64,000 nucleotides of DNA from an uncultured Verrucomicrobiae bacterium. GTDB lineage: Bacteria; Verrucomicrobiota; Verrucomicrobiia; Chthoniobacterales; UBA10450. The notes under the pieces are model-generated. The model was not told the origin of the DNA and made no database searches. It saw nothing but the letters and a program-made list of their open reading frames with translations. Location: positions 704,001 through 768,000 of the forward strand of contig CAVSDR010000003.1 in assembly GCA_963726745.1 (NCBI GenBank). Reading direction: 5' to 3'. The position numbers and the translations under genes are program-made. This document shows positions 54,401-64,000 of this stretch, piece after piece. Numbering within the stretch: the first letter of the stretch is position 1; the number at the start of each line of letters is the position of its first letter.

Positions 54401-55277
54401 GCTGGACAAAGAGGTCCGGATTCGCGGGATCGTAATTGGGCGAATAAATCGTGCGGTAGAGTGCGTCCTGGCGCAGCGGAATGCGCACCAGCACCGCGCC
54501 GGTCTGCGCATCGACCCAAAGCTGCTCAGCGTTTTTCAAACCGACCACGTTGATCGCGTAAGCCAGCCGGCTGGAAACCGCGCGCCCCTCGAGCAACCCG
54601 AGCGGATAGACAGCGAGTTCTGATTTCTCGACCTTCGCCGAGGAGTCGCCGCCGTTCTCCTTATTCGCGACCGTGAGCGCGAGATCTTCGGCGACGTTTT
54701 TGCTCAACGCGGGCCGCACCTCGAGCGAGACTTCCGGCACGAAATCGCCGTTTACCGCGGTAATGCCTTCGTCATTCATGTGCACCACGAGCTGCGCCCC
54801 GAAGACGCGCAGCCCCTGGTAAAATTGATTCAAGCGCACGTGCGACATGCCGAGGTCGTCGCGCTCGGTCCGCGCCACTTGCAGGTCGCTCCCGGCCGCA
54901 GGAGCGCCGCCGGCGTTGAGCGCCGCGCGCTCGTTTTGGTTCAGGCCTACGAGGCCGCCGTGATTTGCGAGAAAGGCGAGTGCGCGCGCTTCCGGCTTCG
55001 CGCTGGCGTCGTCGCGCAGGAGGACCGCTTTGCCCTGCCCGCGCACGAAGTCGTAGTTCCCAGTCTTCGTCGAGACCGAGGAGACCAACGGCGCCGCGGC
55101 CACGGATTGCAAGCGCGCCAAGGCAGCCCGCGCTTCCGGAGTGCCCTCGTTGGTCGCCACCCGCGCAAGCGCGCGTCCTGAATTAGGCGACGAGATCAGC
55201 GGGCCGGCGAAGGCGGCGAGCAGTAATCCGGAACCGCAAAGCCAAAGAGTGCGAGAGAGAAGCTTTCGTGAATTCAT
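51487..55277 (-). CDS. Secreted thermolysin-family (M4) metallopeptidase with propeptide, two jelly-roll-like domains and VSRKLHG-Ig plus dockerin-like tail; apparent frameshift at ~53371
   Basis: FTP/PepSY-like propeptide (HVRLNQFYQGLRVFG, WVDAQTG); NAYWNG; HEWSH; GALNESYSDIFG; GGVHTNSG; joins ORFs 53184-55277 and 51487-53475. Confidence 0.9.
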
Positions 55278-55507
55278 AGGGGTGATGAACTGCTGGCGAC
55301 CGAGGGACCGGCCGCATCGTTGGGGTTAGACGTGGGGGCGACTCCACGCGGGGGAAGACGCGGAAGGCTGCAATGGTTTCGGGCTCGGCGAATGTCTTGG
55401 ACGGGTTCAGTGACGAAAAAGTAATCCCGCGATCGCAGCCGACCTTTTCGGGAAGTTCGATTCGTTTATCAGGCGACGCTTTCCGCGCCGCCCATCCTCC
55501 CTCTCCC

Positions 55508-58500
55508 ATGAACACCCTCCGCAAACTCCCCCTCTGGAACGTCCTCCCTCTCGTGCTCGCGCTTCTCCTGGCCGGCGTGGCCGCGCTCTTTTTAGCCAGC
55601 GCTTTCGCCGGTCCGCAGGGTAACGCGACCGTGCGTGCCCGCACCGAGGAACCGCCCGGCCGCAGCGCGGAGCGGATTGTGAGTGGCATCACTTTTTCCG
55701 CCGCGCAGCAGATGCCGAAGGCGCCGCTGAGCCCGGCGTTTTTCCAGGCCGACGCCGAACCGGAAATCAAAGCCGACATTTTCGGCAACATCTACGTCAC
55801 GGCGATCAACGGCGTCCCGGGCGGGACCGATCTCTGGAAAAGCACCGACCAAGGCACGAGCTTCACCTACCTCGGGCAGCCGGATGGCTTGCAGGACAAA
55901 TGCACTCCGCCCGTGCCGCAATGCGTCGCGCTCGGCGGCGCGGATGATTCGATCGATGTCTCCAGCGGCGGCTACCTCTACGTCTCGAGCCTCTACGTTG
56001 GCAGCGTCACCATGAGCACTTCGATGGACGGCGCGACCGGCGGCGTGCAGCCGGGTCAAGCCTGGACGGTTAATCCCGTCTCGACCGGCGTGCCGGTGGA
56101 GGATCGCCAGTGGATCGCAGCCTACGGCCCGCAAACCCTCTTCATGACCGTACGCCAGGCGCCGGGGACAGGGCGGCTGCTCTTTACCAAGTCTACTGAT
56201 GCTGGCAAAACCTTCTCGCCGCCCGCGCTGCTCACGAGCGCGAATAGCACCGAGGGCAACCTGGTGGTGGATCCTTACACCGGCTTTCTCTACACGACCT
56301 TCATTCCGTCGACCGCGCTCAACCGCATCGACCTCTTGAAGTCGGTCGATGGCGGCACCACCTGGCAGACGATCACCGGCGTCTACACGGGCGCGATCGG
56401 GAGCGATCCGGCGCACAAGTTCACCATGCTCGCGGTCGATCGCGGCGGGAATCTGCACCTCGCTTTCAGCAGCCGCAGCCCCAGCACCGGGACGCATGTT
56501 TATCTCACCAGCTCGCCGTTCCATGCCACTCTTGGCGCCGGGGAAAGCGGCACCTGGAAGGCACCGGTGCAGGTCGATAGCGGGAGCGGAAACACCGTCA
56601 CGGCAGTGATGCCTTGGATCGTGGGCGGAAGCCCCGGCGTGGTTGATGTCACTTGGCTCGGCTCCGGCGGCGTCAACCCCGACACGGCCCCGTTTAACTG
56701 GCAGGTCTTCTTCGCCCAGGTCACTGGCGCGCTCAGCGCCACGCCGACGATCACGCAGTCACAAGTCACGAACGCCGCGGTGCACGACACCAATATTTGC
56801 TTCAACGGCACCGGCTGCACCGGATCGGCTAATCGCGACCTGCTCGAGTACTACAGCATGGCGCTCGATCCGGCGGGGAACGCGCTCATCGCTTTCCCCG
56901 ACAGCGTGAATAATTGCGACCCCGCCTCCTGCAAAACCAACACCTGGTTTAGCCGGCAAACTGGCGGCCCCGCGGCCTATGCCCCGCCTGCCGGCCCGGC
57001 GCCCGCCACCTTCTCCGCGAACATCGCCGTCGGCTCCCCGGGCGCGGAGCCAAGCCTGTGGGTCGACAGCTACAACTGCATCTACGTGACCGCGCCCGGG
57101 AACCCGTGGGTGTGGAAGTCGGTCAACAACGGCATGTCCTTCCTCCCGCCGACCAATCCCGTGGCCGACGAGCCAACGCTCACCGGCGGCGACGAGGACA
57201 TCATCACCCTGCCGAAAATGGACGGCACCCGGCCGGACGAAGTTTACTTTACCGACCTTGGCCTAACCTCCGATCACATCCGCAAGTCGACCGACGGCGG
57301 CGCGACCTGGACCAAACCCGGGACCGGCGGCGTCGCGGGCGACACCGGTATTTCCTCGGATCGCCAATGGCTCGCGATCGACCGCATCGGCACGGATAAA
57401 TACGTCTACGAAGTCGATCACGAACTCGCTTCCGAGATCATCCGCCTCTCCTCCTCGGCCAACGACAACGCCTGGGTGACGCAGAACGCGATGACCGATC
57501 CCGAGCTCACGACCACCGTGCCGAACACCAATCCCGGCCCGCTCTTCGTGAACCGGAACACGCACGAAATCATCGGCGTCTTCAACGCTTCCATTCCCAC
57601 GACGAACGCAGCCAATCCGCCCTTCGGAAAGTTGCTCAACATCTGGGCCTTCGTCGCGCAACCGCCGGCGGTCGCGGGCGGCGCGCCGGTGAGCTTCGCG
57701 AATTATCCGATCTTCAAGGGCGTGATCGATTCGCCTACCGGAGTGCCGGCGGCGGCGGCGACGCGCGGAACGAACAACGCGCAGATTTTCCCCGCGGGCG
57801 ACATCGATGCGGCGGGCAATATCTACGTCGCCTGGAGCATGAACAACGCGCGCACAAACGAGTTCAGCATCTGGTTCGCCAGCTCCCATGATGGCGGGAA
57901 AACCTTCTACGGACCGTTCCCGGTGAGCTCCGGCGCACTCGCGGCCGACGAGACCGCGGTGCTCCCGTGGGTGGCTGCGGGCGACAACGGCCGGGTCAAC
58001 ATCGTCTACTACAAAACCACGGCGGTCGGCGACCCGAACACCCTCCCGCGCCTGCCCGATCCGAACGCGCCTTCCTGGCAGGTGATGTTCAGCCAAACCA
58101 TGAACGGCCAAAGCCGCGAGCCGGTTTTCACCACCGTGCAGGCGAGCGACCACGTGATCCATCGCGGCGCGATCAGCACCGGCGGTTTGATCGGCAGCTC
58201 CGACCGCTCACTGCTCGATTACTTCGAGGTCAACAACGGCCCCGATGGCCTGGCGAACATCATCTTCGCCGACAACGGCGCCAGCGCCACGCACGCGGAA
58301 TTTACCCGGCAAGCCAGCGGCCCACTCGTCCGCGCGAATCCCGTCACGCGCACCTGCCTGCCCACTTCCATCGTCCCGGTGGCGGTGGTTTCCCGCCAGA
58401 CCCACGGCACGCAAGGCGTCTTCGACATTCCGATGCCGCTCGCCGGTCCCACGGGGGTGGAATGCCGGCGGCCCGATGCGGCTGGCGCCTATCATTTGGT

Positions 58501-58882
58501 CGTGACTTTCGCCAATCCCGTCACGGTCGGAAGCGCCTCGGTCACTTCCGGCACCGGCACGGTCAACAGCATTGCGGTCAACGGCGCCGTCGTCACGCTC
58601 ACCCTCACCGGCGTGCCCACGCCGCAGAAATTAGCCATCACGCTCTTCGGGGTAAACGACGGCAACACCACCGGAAACGTGATCCTGCCCTTCGGCGTTT
58701 GCCTGGGCGACACCAATGGCGACCGGACGGATAACGCCGGCGACACGGTGGAAACGCGGGGCCATTCCGGCGAACTGACCGACCAGATGAACTTCCGCAC
58801 CGATGTGAATCTCGACGGCGTGATCAACAGCGGCGACACCGTCATCGTGCGGGCGCATTCCGGCGAGAACGTCGCCCCGTAA
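55508..58882 (+). CDS. Secreted double Asp-box/BNR beta-propeller protein with VSRQTHG-Ig plus dockerin-like tail
   Basis: ATG at 55508 with signal peptide; STDQGTSF, STDAGKTF, SVDGGTTW, STDGGATW, SHDGGKTF; internal duplication (EP..., DRQW, R.LL.Y); GDTNGDRTDNAGD...DVNLDGVINSGD. Confidence 0.87.
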   Translation: MNTLRKLPLWNVLPLVLALLLAGVAALFLASAFAGPQGNATVRARTEEPPGRSAERIVSGITFSAAQQMPKAPLSPAFFQADAEPEIKADIFGNIYVTAINGVPGGTDLWKSTDQGTSFTYLGQPDGLQDKCTPPVPQCVALGGADDSIDVSSGGYLYVSSLYVGSVTMSTSMDGATGGVQPGQAWTVNPVSTGVPVEDRQWIAAYGPQTLFMTVRQAPGTGRLLFTKSTDAGKTFSPPALLTSANSTEGNLVVDPYTGFLYTTFIPSTALNRIDLLKSVDGGTTWQTITGVYTGAIGSDPAHKFTMLAVDRGGNLHLAFSSRSPSTGTHVYLTSSPFHATLGAGESGTWKAPVQVDSGSGNTVTAVMPWIVGGSPGVVDVTWLGSGGVNPDTAPFNWQVFFAQVTGALSATPTITQSQVTNAAVHDTNICFNGTGCTGSANRDLLEYYSMALDPAGNALIAFPDSVNNCDPASCKTNTWFSRQTGGPAAYAPPAGPAPATFSANIAVGSPGAEPSLWVDSYNCIYVTAPGNPWVWKSVNNGMSFLPPTNPVADEPTLTGGDEDIITLPKMDGTRPDEVYFTDLGLTSDHIRKSTDGGATWTKPGTGGVAGDTGISSDRQWLAIDRIGTDKYVYEVDHELASEIIRLSSSANDNAWVTQNAMTDPELTTTVPNTNPGPLFVNRNTHEIIGVFNASIPTTNAANPPFGKLLNIWAFVAQPPAVAGGAPVSFANYPIFKGVIDSPTGVPAAAATRGTNNAQIFPAGDIDAAGNIYVAWSMNNARTNEFSIWFASSHDGGKTFYGPFPVSSGALAADETAVLPWVAAGDNGRVNIVYYKTTAVGDPNTLPRLPDPNAPSWQVMFSQTMNGQSREPVFTTVQASDHVIHRGAISTGGLIGSSDRSLLDYFEVNNGPDGLANIIFADNGASATHAEFTRQASGPLVRANPVTRTCLPTSIVPVAVVSRQTHGTQGVFDIPMPLAGPTGVECRRPDAAGAYHLVVTFANPVTVGSASVTSGTGTVNSIAVNGAVVTLTLTGVPTPQKLAITLFGVNDGNTTGNVILPFGVCLGDTNGDRTDNAGDTVETRGHSGELTDQMNFRTDVNLDGVINSGDTVIVRAHSGENVAP

Positions 58883-58973
58883 ACAGCCGTCCGCCTGCTC
58901 GCAACCGAAGTCTCTAGGCGGCGTCGCGTATCCGCGCGGCGTCCCTGGCCTTTAACCCCAAGGAGCTCACCCC

Positions 58974-61244
58974 ATGTCTGATCTCGCTGTCTCTTCCCCG
59001 CGCCGCCGTTTCCGCTGGACCTTCGCCGCCCTTCTCGCCGCCGCCGCGCTCGTCTGTCTGGTGGCGGTCTACCGTTCCGGCGCGGCCAATCCCACCAGCG
59101 GCAGCATTTCGCCCACGTCGAATGTGCTCGCCTGGGATGGCACCGCCGCCGGCGGGACTTCGAATGGCGAAGCCACCTGCGTCGAGGGGGTAAATTGCGA
59201 CACCTACACGCTCACCGTGTCCGGCGACGCCGCCGCTTGGGCGGGCAAAAGCATCCGCGTGGTCATCTCCTGGGTGGTGCTGGCGAGCGATTACGACCTC
59301 TACGTGCACAAGGGGAGCAACGCCGGGCCGCTCGTTGGCTCGTCGACTGGCGGCGCGCCCAACACCACCGAGACGGTCGACATTTCCCCCGCGAGCCTGG
59401 ACCCGAGCGGCACGACCGTTTTCACTGTCCATGTGGTCTATTTCGCCGGCAGCGTAGGCGATCAATACCACGGCACGGCTACGGTCGTTTCCACCGGCCC
59501 GGGCGGCACGCCCACACCGACGCCGCCGCCGAAATCGCCCGATTGGACGATCAAATACCACGGCCAATGCTGCGAAGGGAACCTCGCCGCCGCGGGCAAT
59601 AACACCTTTGTTCTTCTGCCCGTGCTCGTGACCGGCAACATCATCGAGAAGAGCGCCGATGGCGGGAAAACCTGGACGCAAAAATATCCGCCCGCGCCCG
59701 CTTCCGTGCCCTTCGGCATCGAAGGCGACATGCAAGCCTTTGGGACTGATGTGATCTTCTTCGGCACCGAGTTGGGCGACGTGGTCACCGCGCACAGCGA
59801 TGACTTTGGCGAGAACTTCATCATCACTCACGTGCCGCTCGCTTCCGCCGGCAACGACCAGGCCTGGTCTTACCTCGCGCCCTTCTCCGGGATGCGTCCC
59901 GGCGGCGCTCTCCCGACTGATGAGCCGTATGTTTTAGCCGGCTGGATGCGCATCGGCACCGCGCTCATCTTTAGTTTCGACGGCGGGCTCACTTTTCCCA
60001 TCCAGACGCCACTCGTCGGCAATGACGGCAGCGGCCCGGAGCACATCGTTTGTCAGACCAACGCGCACACGCCTAACCCCGCCGCGCCGCCGGACACGCG
60101 CGTGCCGAATGCGAATTTCGCCCTGCACAAGGCCGGTCGTCACGGCACCTTCGGGACCGACCGGAAATTCTACTGGAGCGAAAGCACGCCCGACAGCCTC
60201 TACGTCTGCAGCACCGGAGACTTCGGCGTAAATTGGGCCGGCGTGAAGCATCCGCTGGGGACTTATCCCGGCTCATCCTTTGTCGTCTCGCACTCGGCCT
60301 TCGATAATAAAGGCACGCTCTATGTGCTTCATGGCAATCGTCTCTACGTGAGCTTTAACCAAGGCGAGACCTGGGCCTACACGCACACCCTTCCGCGTTA
60401 CGGGAACGCCCTGCGCTCCGATTCCGGGTCCGATCAATTCTTCGTCGTCAGCTGCGGCACGGCGCACGTGGCCCTTCTGGAAGATGCCGGCAATGGCAAC
60501 GCCCGCGTCTATTACCTGCGGGGGCGGAACGTCGATACCGCCGCGCCCACCTGGGACGTCGAACTGGTCGACGAAGTCGGCAACGTGCGCCTCGATTTCA
60601 TTCAGCTCGTGCTCGACGGCAACGGCATTCCCACGATCAGTTACACCACGCCGACCACCCAGGTGACCACGGCCAGTCGCAACTCGCCCCTGCCCGGCAC
60701 GACCGTGTGCCCGGTCATCCCGGTCAGCGCGGTCTCGCGCAAGACCCACGGCAGCGCGGGGACGTTTGACGTCAATTTGTTGACCGCGTCCACCACACCC
60801 GCGACCGAACCGCGCCGCGGCGGACCGAACGGCGACTACCAAATTGTCGTCAATTTTGCCGGCCCGATCACCATGGGCCAGGCTTCGGTCGATTCCGGCA
60901 CGGGCACGGTCAGCGGCACGAGCGTGAATGGCTCGACCGTGACGGTGAATCTCACCGGCGTGACCACACCACAGATCGTGCGCGTGAAGCTCGCGAACGT
61001 AAACGACGGCGCCACCGCCTCCGATGTCCTCATCACCCTCGGCGTCGCCACTGGCGACGTGAACAACGACGGCGTGGTCAACGTGGGCGACGCGCAGGAA
61101 GCGCGTAATCGCTCCGGCCAGACGACCGACGGCACGAATTTCCGCGACGACGTGAACCTCGACGGCGTGATCAACGGCGGCGACACGATCGTGGTCCGCG
61201 CGCGTTCCGGCGACACCATCCTGGGAACGCCGAGCGCACGCTAG
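58974..61244 (+). CDS. Secreted Asp-box/BNR protein with shared N-terminal beta-sandwich and VSRKTHG-Ig plus dockerin-like tail
   Basis: AAGGAG RBS; signal peptide; SADGGKTW, SDDFGENF, SFDGGLTF, SFNQGETW; GDVNNDGVVNVGD...DVNLDGVINGGD. Confidence 0.88.
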   Translation: MSDLAVSSPRRRFRWTFAALLAAAALVCLVAVYRSGAANPTSGSISPTSNVLAWDGTAAGGTSNGEATCVEGVNCDTYTLTVSGDAAAWAGKSIRVVISWVVLASDYDLYVHKGSNAGPLVGSSTGGAPNTTETVDISPASLDPSGTTVFTVHVVYFAGSVGDQYHGTATVVSTGPGGTPTPTPPPKSPDWTIKYHGQCCEGNLAAAGNNTFVLLPVLVTGNIIEKSADGGKTWTQKYPPAPASVPFGIEGDMQAFGTDVIFFGTELGDVVTAHSDDFGENFIITHVPLASAGNDQAWSYLAPFSGMRPGGALPTDEPYVLAGWMRIGTALIFSFDGGLTFPIQTPLVGNDGSGPEHIVCQTNAHTPNPAAPPDTRVPNANFALHKAGRHGTFGTDRKFYWSESTPDSLYVCSTGDFGVNWAGVKHPLGTYPGSSFVVSHSAFDNKGTLYVLHGNRLYVSFNQGETWAYTHTLPRYGNALRSDSGSDQFFVVSCGTAHVALLEDAGNGNARVYYLRGRNVDTAAPTWDVELVDEVGNVRLDFIQLVLDGNGIPTISYTTPTTQVTTASRNSPLPGTTVCPVIPVSAVSRKTHGSAGTFDVNLLTASTTPATEPRRGGPNGDYQIVVNFAGPITMGQASVDSGTGTVSGTSVNGSTVTVNLTGVTTPQIVRVKLANVNDGATASDVLITLGVATGDVNNDGVVNVGDAQEARNRSGQTTDGTNFRDDVNLDGVINGGDTIVVRARSGDTILGTPSAR

Positions 61245-61347
61245 AGGGCAGCGTTTGGCCTAACGAGTCTTCATTCCCGCGCGAGTGGCCGGCGGTTTTT
61301 TCGCGTGGCTCACAGCTTTTGGCGGCGCTTGCCTCGATTCTCTTGGC

Positions 61348-64000
61348 ATGCCGACACCTCTCCGCACTCGCGTCGCTTTCCTGTTGCTCTTCACCGCCGC
61401 CGCCGCTCACGCCGAGGTGCCGTCCCGGCCGGCGCCGGAAGGCGTTGCGCTGCCCGCGCAGCCGCAACTCATCTCGGCGGCTGATCCCAACCAGGCCTCG
61501 GCCACGGCCGGCGCGCTCCTTTCCACCAAGACGAGCGCCAGCGCGGATGGGCGCTACGTCGTTTTCGAGAGCAGCTCGGATAATGTCGTGCCCGGCCAGG
61601 TGGAGGCTAATGCATCGCTCGATGTTTTCCTGCATGATCGCAGCGCGCACACCACTGTCCTCGTGAGCCACGCTGCGGGCACGCCGCTGACCGCGGCGGA
61701 CGCCGGCTCGATGATCCCGTCGATCAGCGCCGACGGCCGCTGGGTGGTCTACTGGAGTTTTGCCGGCAACCTCGTCGCCGGCCAAATCGAGACCCATCTG
61801 CAGGAGCCAAACGTCTTCCTCTACGATCGCCTGAGCGGCGAGAATCGTCTCATCTCACACGCCGCCGGCGCGCCGCTCACGACCGCGGACTCGAACTCAT
61901 ACGATCCCGCGATCAGCGCCGATGGCCGCTTCATCGCCTTCACCAGCGCCGCCAGCAATCTCATCGCCGGGCAAACCGACGGCGGCGCCTCCGCGAGTAT
62001 CTTTTATTGGGATCGACTAGCCGACACGATGACGCTGGTGACGCATGCAGCCGGGACCGACACGACCACCGCCAACGGCCTTTCCTTCACCCCGCTGCCG
62101 ACGGCCGATGGGAGCTGGCTCGCCTTCCTGAGCACGGCCTCGAACCTGGTCCCGGGACAAACTGAGGACGCGAAGCGGCTGGATCTTTTTCTTTGGAACC
62201 GCGCCAGCGGCCAGACCGTGATCGTGAATCACGCGGCCGACTCCAGCACCACCGTGGGGAATGGCGCCGCGGGCTCGCCGGCCTTGAGCGCGGATGGACG
62301 ATTCATCGTCTACCAAAGCGCCGCGACCAATTTGGTGCCGAACCAGGTCGACCCGAATCAAAGCGCGCAGGACGTCTTCCTCTACGATCGGAACACGGGC
62401 GCGAATACCCTCGTGAGTCACATCCAGGGAAACGCCCTTACCACCGGCAACGTCACCTCGCTTTATCCCACGATCAGCGCCGATGGACGCTTCGTGAGCT
62501 ACCAGAGCGCGGCCGCAAATTTAAGCAGCACCTCGGACGTGAATAACGCCGAGGATGTCTTCCTCTGGGACCGCACGACCGACAGCAGCCAGCTGCTCAC
62601 ACGCAATCCCGGCGGGAGCGCAGCCAACGCCAAAAGCTTCGGCAGCCGCCTGGCCGCGGATGGAAACACGGTCGTTTTTTCGACCTACGCGACCGATCTC
62701 GTCCCGGGGCAAAACAGCCCGTCGAGCGGCGACGTGTTTCTTTACGACCGGCTCCTCGGCACGCTGCAGTTGATGAGCCATCGACCGGGCTCGGCCAGCC
62801 TCGGCGGCGATGGCCAATCGTTCCTGCCGCTGCCGAGTGCCGATGGCAGCGTGGTCGTGTTCAATACCCAGGCGAGCAACCTGGTGCCGCAGGACACCAA
62901 TGGATCAGCGGATGTTCTCTTCTACGAACGCGCGAGCAGCGTGCTCACCGCCGCGTCCGCCGTCGCTGGCGGGACCGCATCCCTCACTGCGAACGGCAAC
63001 AGTGGCAATGGCCGCGCGAGCGCCGACGGCCGCTTCATCGTTTTCGCGAGCGATGCGACTAACCTCCTGCCCGGGCAATCGGACACGAACAACGCCAACG
63101 ACATCTTCCTGCGCGACCGGCAGACCGGAGCGCTCGCGCTCGTGAGCCATGCCGCGGGCGCGGCCGCGCAAACTGGCGACAGCAATTCCTACGCGCCGGC
63201 GATAAGCGCGGATGGCCGCTGGATTTCCTACTCCAGCCGCGCAACCAACCTGGTCGACGGCGTGCTCGATACGAACGGCGTCGCCGATGTATTTCTCTAC
63301 GATCGCGAGAGCAACACCAGCCGCCTCTTGAGCCGCAACAGCCTCGTGCCCACGCTCGCGGCGGACGATTATTCCGAGACCGCAGTCGTGAGCCCGGACG
63401 GCCGCTTCGTGGTCTTCGCGAGCGACGCCACCGACCTCGTGACCGCGCAATCCGATGCCAACAACGGACGCGATGTCTTCCTCTTCGACCGGCAAAGCGG
63501 GAGCACGCGCCTGGTTAGCCATGCCTCCGGGGCGGCACTCCTGACCGCGAGCGATTATTCCTTCGCGCCCTCGATCTCGAGCAACGGCAACTTCGTCGCC
63601 TTCTACAGCGCGGCGCTCAATCTCGCGCCTGGCCAGGATAACAACCTCAACAGCGTGCAGCATCTTTTCCTCTACGATCGCAACGCCGACAGTTGCCGCC
63701 TGGTCGACGCGCAAAGCGACACCCCCGCGCGCACCAGTGATGGGAACACCGGCAGCACCGTCGCCGACGACCCGGCGATCTTCAGCGCGGACGATCGCAC
63801 GCTCGCATTTGTCAGCAGCTCGACCAACCTCGTCCCTGGCCAAAGCGACACCAACGGCCGCGATGATGTTTTCCTGTTCGATCGCGTCTCCGGCCAGACC
63901 ACGCTCGTGAGCCACGCCGCCGCCAGCGCCACGGCTACGGGCGACGGTTACGCCTACAGCCCCACCGTGAGCGCGGAAGCCCGTTTCGTCGCCTATCGCA
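61348..64000 (+). CDS. Secreted TolB/PD40-like multi-blade beta-propeller repeat protein (3'-partial)
   Basis: Manual translation: MPTPLRTRVAFLLLFTAAAAHA then more than 12 repeats 'P.ISADGRF(V/I).F.S.A(T/S)NLV.GQ.D.N...DVFLYDR..G...LVSH'; open to the window end. Confidence 0.87.
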   Translation, partial: MPTPLRTRVAFLLLFTAAAAHAEVPSRPAPEGVALPAQPQLISAADPNQASATAGALLSTKTSASADGRYVVFESSSDNVVPGQVEANASLDVFLHDRSAHTTVLVSHAAGTPLTAADAGSMIPSISADGRWVVYWSFAGNLVAGQIETHLQEPNVFLYDRLSGENRLISHAAGAPLTTADSNSYDPAISADGRFIAFTSAASNLIAGQTDGGASASIFYWDRLADTMTLVTHAAGTDTTTANGLSFTPLPTADGSWLAFLSTASNLVPGQTEDAKRLDLFLWNRASGQTVIVNHAADSSTTVGNGAAGSPALSADGRFIVYQSAATNLVPNQVDPNQSAQDVFLYDRNTGANTLVSHIQGNALTTGNVTSLYPTISADGRFVSYQSAAANLSSTSDVNNAEDVFLWDRTTDSSQLLTRNPGGSAANAKSFGSRLAADGNTVVFSTYATDLVPGQNSPSSGDVFLYDRLLGTLQLMSHRPGSASLGGDGQSFLPLPSADGSVVVFNTQASNLVPQDTNGSADVLFYERASSVLTAASAVAGGTASLTANGNSGNGRASADGRFIVFASDATNLLPGQSDTNNANDIFLRDRQTGALALVSHAAGAAAQTGDSNSYAPAISADGRWISYSSRATNLVDGVLDTNGVADVFLYDRESNTSRLLSRNSLVPTLAADDYSETAVVSPDGRFVVFASDATDLVTAQSDANNGRDVFLFDRQSGSTRLVSHASGAALLTASDYSFAPSISSNGNFVAFYSAALNLAPGQDNNLNSVQHLFLYDRNADSCRLVDAQSDTPARTSDGNTGSTVADDPAIFSADDRTLAFVSSSTNLVPGQSDTNGRDDVFLFDRVSGQTTLVSHAAASATATGDGYAYSPTVSAEARFVAYR

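Noticed and set aside
40625..61244. Calling the BNR proteins sialidases or the cluster a cellulosome
   Set aside because: No RIP motif, cellulase domain or cohesin is visible; kept only as a hypothesis.
61281..61320. Fifth copy of the ECF promoter upstream of the last gene
   Set aside because: TGAGC lies on the wrong strand and the spacing to a GCGW block does not fit N19.

Overview
GC-rich (roughly 65-68% by eye) bacterial DNA, most likely Verrucomicrobiota (Spartobacteria/Chthoniobacterales-like), inferred from its C-terminal protein modules. The window has three blocks. (1) 1-22.1 kb: four paralogous, large, secreted modular proteins (- strand). They have different N-terminal beta-propeller heads, a shared core and a tandem 'NISTR' tail. 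They are interleaved with two divergently transcribed ECF sigma (TIGR02999/ECF43-type) plus Ser/Thr kinase-TPR pairs, and all four carry the same upstream motif, TGARC-N19-GCGW. (2) 22.1-40.4 kb: housekeeping genes (glgA-like, CCA/poly(A) nucleotidyltransferase, Ca2+/H+ antiporter, lspA, ileS) mixed with secreted proteins (Kelch-NISTR, CSLREA/Ig, M12 metalloprotease). (3) 40.6-64 kb: six consecutive secreted proteins (five Asp-box/BNR propeller proteins and one M4 protease), all ending in a 'VSRKxHG'-Ig plus dockerin-like module, then a partial TolB-like repeat protein. The most unexpected signal is a non-palindromic 10-mer, CTCGTTAGGC/GCCTAACGAG: 15 exact copies and 24 copies of its 8-mer core, counted by eye. 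It occurs on both strands and in several reading frames and forces rare codons (TTA, CTA, AGG), like a DNA-uptake-sequence-type genomic signature. Nine apparent frameshifts, one in essential ileS, are most likely sequencing errors. No rRNA, tRNA, CRISPR or mobile element was recognised.
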